Part shown: piece by piece, positions 58,169 through 64,000 of the stretch | Position numbering within the stretch: position 1 is the first letter of the stretch | How the letters are laid out: each line of letters opens with the position of its first letter | DNA from: a virus | Virus record (IMG/VR): IMGVR_UViG_3300027833_000022 | Coordinates: 39,159-103,158 of that record | Length of the DNA stretch: 64,000 nt | Strand: one strand, 5' to 3' | Position numbers and translations under genes: made by a program | The notes under the pieces: generated by a model | Database searches by the model: none | What the model was told of the DNA's origin: nothing | What the model saw: only the letters and a program-made list of their open reading frames with translations

Positions 58169-58543
58169 ATGAATGTAGTAACAATAATGAAACCAGATGT
58201 ATTCACAGACTCAAGAGGGACTATACAAAGTTTCTATCCAGACGAGAACATAGTTGAATACAATCTAATGATCACCAATAAAGGCGATGAACGTGGATAT
58301 CACTATCATCCTCATTTCGTAGAGTACATGCTAGTAGTAGAAGGAGAGTGTTTGTTTAAAGAATATAGTGATGAGGTATACGAAACTGTTTTAACAGTAG
58401 GTGATAGTATTAGAATACCAAAGCACACACCTCATACATTTGTAGCACTCACAGACTTCAAGTTTGTTAGTATGCTTACACAACGATGGGACGACAGTAA
58501 TCCTCCAATAATAAAGGTAGACAAGAATGGTCAACGCATTTAG
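58169..58543 (+). CDS. Cupin sugar epimerase/isomerase (RmlC/FdtA-like)
   Basis: FTDSRG, RGYHYHP..EY, IPKHTPH. Confidence 0.75.
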   Translation: MNVVTIMKPDVFTDSRGTIQSFYPDENIVEYNLMITNKGDERGYHYHPHFVEYMLVVEGECLFKEYSDEVYETVLTVGDSIRIPKHTPHTFVALTDFKFVSMLTQRWDDSNPPIIKVDKNGQRI

Positions 58544-59135
58544 ATACGTAGATGAATTTGAAAAACAAATGGCTTCGTACACTGGTGCATCATATGCAAT
58601 AGCAACCGACTGTTGTACTCATGCATTGTTCCTCAGTCTATATTATTATAAACAACAGAATGGTATAGACACTGTGACATTACCAAAGAATACTTATATC
58701 AGTGTGGCAATGCAATGTAAGCATTTAGGATTAGATGTAGATTTTGTTGACAAAGAGTGGTCTGGGTGTTATACTATAGGGAATACAAATGTAGTTGATG
58801 CTGCTCCAAGACTGTATCGTGATCAATACGAGCATGGTACTAGTACATGTATAAGTTTTCAGTTTAAGAAGATACTTAGCACTATACGCGGCGGCATGAT
58901 TCTCACTGACGATATAGATTTCTACAACTGGGCACAACGTGCTACTCATGATGGTAGAGATATGACTATACCATATGAACAAGACACTATTACATTTGAT
59001 GGCTGGCATTACTTTATGACACCAGAGACAGCGCAAATGGGATTAGCAAAACTACAAGTACTACCAGACTATAATGAAGATTGTGCTGGTAGTGAAACTT
59101 ATCCAGATATAAGTTATATAAAGGATTTTAAATGA
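58527..59135 (+). CDS. DegT/DnrJ/EryC1/StrS-family aminotransferase (short)
   Basis: CCTHALFLSL, VVDAA, SFQFKK, GGMILTD. Confidence 0.8.
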   Translation: MVNAFRYVDEFEKQMASYTGASYAIATDCCTHALFLSLYYYKQQNGIDTVTLPKNTYISVAMQCKHLGLDVDFVDKEWSGCYTIGNTNVVDAAPRLYRDQYEHGTSTCISFQFKKILSTIRGGMILTDDIDFYNWAQRATHDGRDMTIPYEQDTITFDGWHYFMTPETAQMGLAKLQVLPDYNEDCAGSETYPDISYIKDFK

Positions 59136-60082
59136 AGATACATTTCAATAGCGGAATAGTAGAAATTGAATTATTAAAAAATGAGTTTGTATCACAGTGG
59201 TATAATGATGTTAGTAAACTAGATCCTATTGAAACATGGAACGAGAATCTATTTCCAATAGTTCAGTTAAGCAACGAAGAAATTTATCATATACGAACAA
59301 CTTATGCATCTAAATTTAATGCACATGTTGATGAATTAAAAGATAAACATGGACTAGATTTCCCTGGCAGGATGGAAATAATAATGGATCAATCAAGGTT
59401 GAATTTATTACACAAGTGGGTCACTCATGCTGCGTTTACCAAGTCCAATTGGGATTTACCAAATGCTGATATAGATGATATCAATAATAGTAAATGGAAT
59501 CATTGGCTATCATATGATGTCGCTGCTAATTATATACCAGAGTTTGAAATACATGATGATGATGTTGTGCGTATATTGTTTGAAATGAATTGTGACATAC
59601 ATTGGTATGAAGAAACCATTACAAGTCCACGTGTCACCCAGTTAAACGATTGGGGATATAATTATTTAGATGGTCTACATATTATACAACGATATACTAG
59701 TGGTAAAGATAAATCAATTGATGTATTCAATATATCTAATGAACATAGACAATTCTGTACCTACCGCACTGATTATGATCTATGGTTGCCATTTGCGGTA
59801 TTAGGAAAAGAATATTACACGTGCTGGATTAATATGGATAACCCAAGTCAGTTTGATATAACCAATATTGATAAAACATATTCTCCTGGTTGGGAATTAC
59901 AGCCCAATGCGTTTACTAACAAAGTGTTAGCGCATAACGAGTTTCAAGATTGGCTAATACTACATGACGTGCCTACCGATGCATTTTGTATTTCAAAGAT
60001 GCCATTAGGCAAGTGTACTAACAAGCATCAATTGAATTTTGATAAAATATTAACAGAGCAGGTTTTACATGTTGAATGGTAA
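59132..60082 (+). CDS. Hypothetical protein (paralog of 61855-62916)
   Basis: Shares IELL..W, LH, IH.YE, GK.Y..C.IN.DNP..FDI.N and PLGK with ORF 61855. Confidence 0.7.
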   Translation: MKIHFNSGIVEIELLKNEFVSQWYNDVSKLDPIETWNENLFPIVQLSNEEIYHIRTTYASKFNAHVDELKDKHGLDFPGRMEIIMDQSRLNLLHKWVTHAAFTKSNWDLPNADIDDINNSKWNHWLSYDVAANYIPEFEIHDDDVVRILFEMNCDIHWYEETITSPRVTQLNDWGYNYLDGLHIIQRYTSGKDKSIDVFNISNEHRQFCTYRTDYDLWLPFAVLGKEYYTCWINMDNPSQFDITNIDKTYSPGWELQPNAFTNKVLAHNEFQDWLILHDVPTDAFCISKMPLGKCTNKHQLNFDKILTEQVLHVEW

Positions 60083-60665
60083 AAATATTATAATAGTAAC
60101 GCCTGCACGTTGTGGCAGTAGTTGGTTGGTTAGTTCATTCGGCAGAGAAAATTACAATGAACATGCTCTTAGTTTGAGCGAAACAACGAATGATGCTGAT
60201 GCTGGATTATTGTTGCAACAACGAATAGATATATTAAAATTACAAAAACCGTTTGTTACCAAGGTATTCACTGATGAGATGATTGATCTAGCATTATTAA
60301 AAGATGATGATGTTGAATTCATATGGTTATATAGACGCAATCGTGTTGAGCATTTTTTAAGTAATGTATTGTCATGTAGAACAAACGTGTTTATTATACA
60401 TGCACACGAGTCATATGATCCACCGAATACACTTGATATAACAGACAATGACGTAGATGTATACGAGAACATCGTACAGTGTGAAAAAGAAACATACAAT
60501 AAATACAAAGATTGGTTTACATATGAAATAGCATATGAGGATTTATTTACGAACAATCCATGGAACTTTAAACACACATCAACAAAACCCGTTAAGTTAA
60601 ATCACTACAAACCAGAATGGATAGAACAAGCGACCAATATATTAAATACAAGGGGATTAATTTGA
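60069..60665 (+). CDS. Sulfotransferase (Stf0-like)
   Basis: 5'-PSB-like TPARCGSSWL, LYRRN...S, YEDL. Confidence 0.65.
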   Translation: MLNGKNIIIVTPARCGSSWLVSSFGRENYNEHALSLSETTNDADAGLLLQQRIDILKLQKPFVTKVFTDEMIDLALLKDDDVEFIWLYRRNRVEHFLSNVLSCRTNVFIIHAHESYDPPNTLDITDNDVDVYENIVQCEKETYNKYKDWFTYEIAYEDLFTNNPWNFKHTSTKPVKLNHYKPEWIEQATNILNTRGLI

Positions 60666-61858
60666 GACAAGTAAAGAAAGTAACACAGTGTCGCAGTTGT
60701 GGTGCAGATGACATGAACACAGTGTTTGACATGGGCGACCTAAAGATCAATGCGTTCACAGTAGAACCAAATACGGATGTAGGAAGCGCACCACTCACAT
60801 TGGTGCATTGTCACGTATGTGATTTAATACAACTAGATCATACAGTACGTGAGCAAGAACTGTATGAGAACTATTGGTACTTGTCAAGGCTCAATCAAAA
60901 GATAGTAGATAACTTGAGCAGCATAGTAGATGACATCACCAACGAAGTAGGACTAAACAAAGACGACATAGTATTAGACATTGGTGCTAACGATGGTACA
61001 CTGCTTAGTAATTACGACAGTAAGAAAGTCACAAGAGTAGGATGTGATCCCGCAAAGAATATACATCTTGATTTAGTAAAGCATACAGATATCATGATAG
61101 GTGACTTCTTCAACTATGAGAATTGGGTAACACGAGTAGGAATTAAAACCGCACGTGCTATAACCACAGTCGCTATGTTCTATGACTTAGATGATCCCAA
61201 TAGTTTCGTACAAGACATTAAGAAAGTATTAGCGACTGATGGTGTATGGTTATGTCAATTAATGACAGCAGAACCTATGTTAGCAAGCAACGATCTAGGC
61301 AACGTGATACATGAGCATATAGAGTATTATAGTTTCAAGAGCCTTGTTGTATTAATGGAACGTCACGGACTAGAGATATACAAAGTACTAGAGAATGATA
61401 TCAATGGTGGTAGTTATCAACTATACATAAGACATTACACAACTGGTAGCATTGAATACGCAGAAGATATTACACCAGAACGCATCTCCCAGTGGGCAGA
61501 TAATATTGCACAAAACAGAGATGATACAGTAGCATTCTTACGTAAAGTAGTTAACGAAGGTAAGCGCGTATACATCATGGGTGCTAGTACTAAAGGCAAT
61601 ACCATCATGCAGTATTACGGATTAGACAGTGAACTAATCGCCGGAGCAGCAGAGATACATCCTGATAAGATAGGTAAGTATCTAGTAGGTAGTAGTATAC
61701 CCATTGTACATGAAGATGATGCAAAGATAGATGCTGATTACTTCTTAGTGTTCCCATTCCACTTCAAAGACTTATTCGTTAATCGTATCATGAAAGATTG
61801 GATTGCTGATGGGGGAAAGTTAATATTCTGTACACCACAATTTGAGATGGTCGCATGA
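60662..61858 (+). CDS. NDP-hexose C-methyltransferase
   Basis: CRSCG/CHVC zinc motifs, LDIGANDG, HEHIEYYS, GASTKGN; likely TTG start at 60662 after AGGGGA. Confidence 0.85.
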   Translation: MRQVKKVTQCRSCGADDMNTVFDMGDLKINAFTVEPNTDVGSAPLTLVHCHVCDLIQLDHTVREQELYENYWYLSRLNQKIVDNLSSIVDDITNEVGLNKDDIVLDIGANDGTLLSNYDSKKVTRVGCDPAKNIHLDLVKHTDIMIGDFFNYENWVTRVGIKTARAITTVAMFYDLDDPNSFVQDIKKVLATDGVWLCQLMTAEPMLASNDLGNVIHEHIEYYSFKSLVVLMERHGLEIYKVLENDINGGSYQLYIRHYTTGSIEYAEDITPERISQWADNIAQNRDDTVAFLRKVVNEGKRVYIMGASTKGNTIMQYYGLDSELIAGAAEIHPDKIGKYLVGSSIPIVHEDDAKIDADYFLVFPFHFKDLFVNRIMKDWIADGGKLIFCTPQFEMVA

Positions 61859-62916
61859 CACATCATGTACAAATAACATTTCCAAAAGGCGGTCATATAA
61901 CCATAGAGTTATTAGACACTCCAGTTGTAGCAAAATGGATTTTATCATTTAATGCATATAAGGCTCTAAACTTTCCTAGTGTCATGGTGAACCATGGATT
62001 AATGTTCGAAAGATTAGACAAGAAAATAAGTCCCAATTCTGAGTACGCATTGATGAGAACAGACGCGATTAATGATCTTAATGCAGCAATTGATGATATC
62101 AATGCAAGTATAGAAGGTATAAAGTTCCCATTCAATGCATATGAAGATATGCCCTGGAGTCAGACCAATAATATACATAGATGCTTTACTACTGCATCAG
62201 CATCCTGGTCATGCTGGCAACATAATCTTACATATACTCAATTATCATACTGCAAGACCATACACGATAAGAGAAGATATATATTTGATAATGCTATAAG
62301 ACAATTTACAATAATCGATAAGACAGCGTTTAGTAGTGCGCTGGAAATTATAAATAGCCGAATACATCACTATGAAAATACACGATTTAGTGACATAGCA
62401 CATCATACTGCTAAAGAATATACCAAGAAGTATTACCCAGATGATGATCGTGATTTTCATTTAGCCAGGCATATGATCCGTTTTGACAAGGACTATACAT
62501 TCAAAGAGGGTAGAGGATGTTTAAATGAAGAGTTTTGTTTAGAACCTTTTCTCGGTACATGCACATACGAAGAAATGGTGGCAAGTTTCCCTGACAACTA
62601 CAACGATTATGACGTATTTATGTATAAATCTATCGGAGGAAAAGACTACGAAACATGCTACATAAATTATGACAATCCGCTAGAATTCGATATACAAAAT
62701 ATGGAACACATCGTAGGTAACATGGTGCTGTTCTTTACCAAGGATCACCAACGATTTTTTGGTAAAGGCAGTAAAATGCACGATTGGGCAACGAGTCATG
62801 GTCTACGTGATGAAATGTTTATGAATGTACCTTTAGGAAAGATAATAAGCAGGTCAGAAGACATAGATCAGAATTGGAATAAAAATACACCTACTATAGA
62901 ATTGAAGAAAATATGA
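61855..62916 (+). CDS. Hypothetical protein (paralog of 59132-60082)
   Basis: Shared motifs as for ORF 59132. Confidence 0.7.
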   Translation: MTHHVQITFPKGGHITIELLDTPVVAKWILSFNAYKALNFPSVMVNHGLMFERLDKKISPNSEYALMRTDAINDLNAAIDDINASIEGIKFPFNAYEDMPWSQTNNIHRCFTTASASWSCWQHNLTYTQLSYCKTIHDKRRYIFDNAIRQFTIIDKTAFSSALEIINSRIHHYENTRFSDIAHHTAKEYTKKYYPDDDRDFHLARHMIRFDKDYTFKEGRGCLNEEFCLEPFLGTCTYEEMVASFPDNYNDYDVFMYKSIGGKDYETCYINYDNPLEFDIQNMEHIVGNMVLFFTKDHQRFFGKGSKMHDWATSHGLRDEMFMNVPLGKIISRSEDIDQNWNKNTPTIELKKI

Positions 62917-62959
62917 AACTAATAATGTCTGACATGGACTGGCGCTAAGGGAAAAGCAA

Positions 62960-63105
62960 AATAGTTTCGCTGTCAGCGAAACTATTAGCGACAAAGTCGC
63001 TGCTATTTTTTTTTGTAATTTTTTTAAAACGCTTGTATAATTATTCTTTAAGTTTTACACAGCGGCGCATAATTACTAGCGACTAATGTCGCTGCGATTT
63101 TTTTT
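62960..63105 (+). terminator. Near-palindrome plus duplicated terminator-like hairpins
   Basis: AATAGTTTCGCTG-T-CAGCGAAACTATT; AGCGAC-AAA-GTCGCT..T9; AGCGAC-TAAT-GTCGCT..T8. Confidence 0.65.
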
Positions 63106-63162
63106 ATAGATTAACTACGATGTTATTAAACAATCCCACATAAGTAAACTCACAGTAGTCTC

Positions 63163-63384
63163 CTAAAGTAATACATACAGTGCCGCTAAGACAATGATAA
63201 TAGTACATACTACAATCTTTGTTGTATGATTAGATTTAGGGTTAGGTATTACAGTAGGTGGTACTTGCATATCACCATAACCAGATTCCCAATCCCAATG
63301 CGCTTTAGACTTAATCATATGAGGATGTTGAATCCTCGTTCTACGATCTTCTTCTTTCTGCGCATCGGTTAGTTTATGAGGCAT
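63163..63384 (-). CDS. Hypothetical membrane-anchored protein
   Basis: 73 aa with a C-terminal hydrophobic helix. Confidence 0.6.
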   Translation of the reverse strand: MPHKLTDAQKEEDRRTRIQHPHMIKSKAHWDWESGYGDMQVPPTVIPNPKSNHTTKIVVCTIIIVLAALYVLL

Positions 63385-63891
63385 TCATTCTACTATTTCT
63401 TCTATATATGGGTTACAATGTAACTCAGTAGTGTGTGATACGAACTCCCAATCATTCTCTTCCATCCAATCTTCATACGATTCGTTATAGCCTTCGGTAA
63501 TCTGTTCAATGAGTAGTTCGCACTTAGCATCATCGTTGATACCTTCAATGTTCCAATCTTCCCAACATCCGTCCCACGTTGATTCCATTTCGTAGTCATA
63601 GTCGTCTAACTCTACAAAGGTATCGTCTTCCGATGGTAGGAAAGGGTTAAGACCATCTAGTAACATTTGTGTTACCTGTGGTCGTGTCCAATGACAACCA
63701 TTATTATTCATAGTCTCTACCCATTGGGTAATCTCTTCATCGGTTTCGGGTACAGTAATAATGAATTCACCAGTACGCCAGCCTAGTTCTTTACCAGCAT
63801 AGATATACTTACCATCAATGCCTTTCTTACTGTAGACTTCTGTTTCTACTACGCTCTTCTTAAATTGCGGAGTAATTCTATATCGTTGCAT
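63385..63891 (-). CDS. Hypothetical phage protein
   Basis: 168-aa acidic ORF, GAGG SD upstream. Confidence 0.7.
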   Translation of the reverse strand: MQRYRITPQFKKSVVETEVYSKKGIDGKYIYAGKELGWRTGEFIITVPETDEEITQWVETMNNNGCHWTRPQVTQMLLDGLNPFLPSEDDTFVELDDYDYEMESTWDGCWEDWNIEGINDDAKCELLIEQITEGYNESYEDWMEENDWEFVSHTTELHCNPYIEEIVE

Positions 63892-63909
63892 GTTGATACC
63901 TCGTTTAGT

Positions 63910-63999
63910 TTATAATAAGCCTGATTCATAGTAATACATTGATGTTAATGCGATAGCACCATAGATGATCATGAGAAGTATTAAGAATTTATCGTGCAT
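63910..63999 (-). CDS. Small hydrophobic peptide (29 aa, may extend past the window edge)
   Basis: Manual translation MHDKFLILLMIIYGAIALTSMYYYESGLL. Confidence 0.4.
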   Translation of the reverse strand: MHDKFLILLMIIYGAIALTSMYYYESGLL

Positions 64000-64000
64000 C

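Noticed and set aside
1-64000. Stop-codon reassignment
   Set aside because: Genes, including a 3382-aa ORF, are intact and tightly packed in the standard code.

Overview
AT-rich 64-kb segment of a large, T4-related (myovirus-type) tailed phage genome, read in the standard genetic code. From left to right: a truncated PKD-repeat virion protein (missing from the ORF track), the head module (gp23, gp22, gp21, acidic core protein, gp20), and two tandem paralogous tape-measure-like genes. These are divergent from a gp26-like chaperone that carries a likely -1 programmed frameshift. Next comes a ~700-bp ORF-free, hairpin-dense locus with its own sigma70 promoter, directly downstream of a GIY-YIG nuclease (large ncRNA and/or RNA-primed replication origin). 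Then gp46/gp47/gp55, a late baseplate operon (gp53, hub, gp5, lysozyme-like, gp25, gp6, a 3382-aa protein, fibre proteins), and a ~19.6-kb co-oriented block behind a consensus sigma70 promoter. That block encodes glycosyltransferases, DHFR/ThyA, three radical SAM enzymes, nucleotide-sugar enzymes, methyltransferases and a sulfotransferase. The strongest candidates for undescribed biology are the promoter-driven structured locus at ~15.9-16.5 kb, the frameshifted chaperone with a two-gene tape measure, and the glycan/radical SAM block. All assignments come from motif recognition by eye; no searches or folding programs were run.
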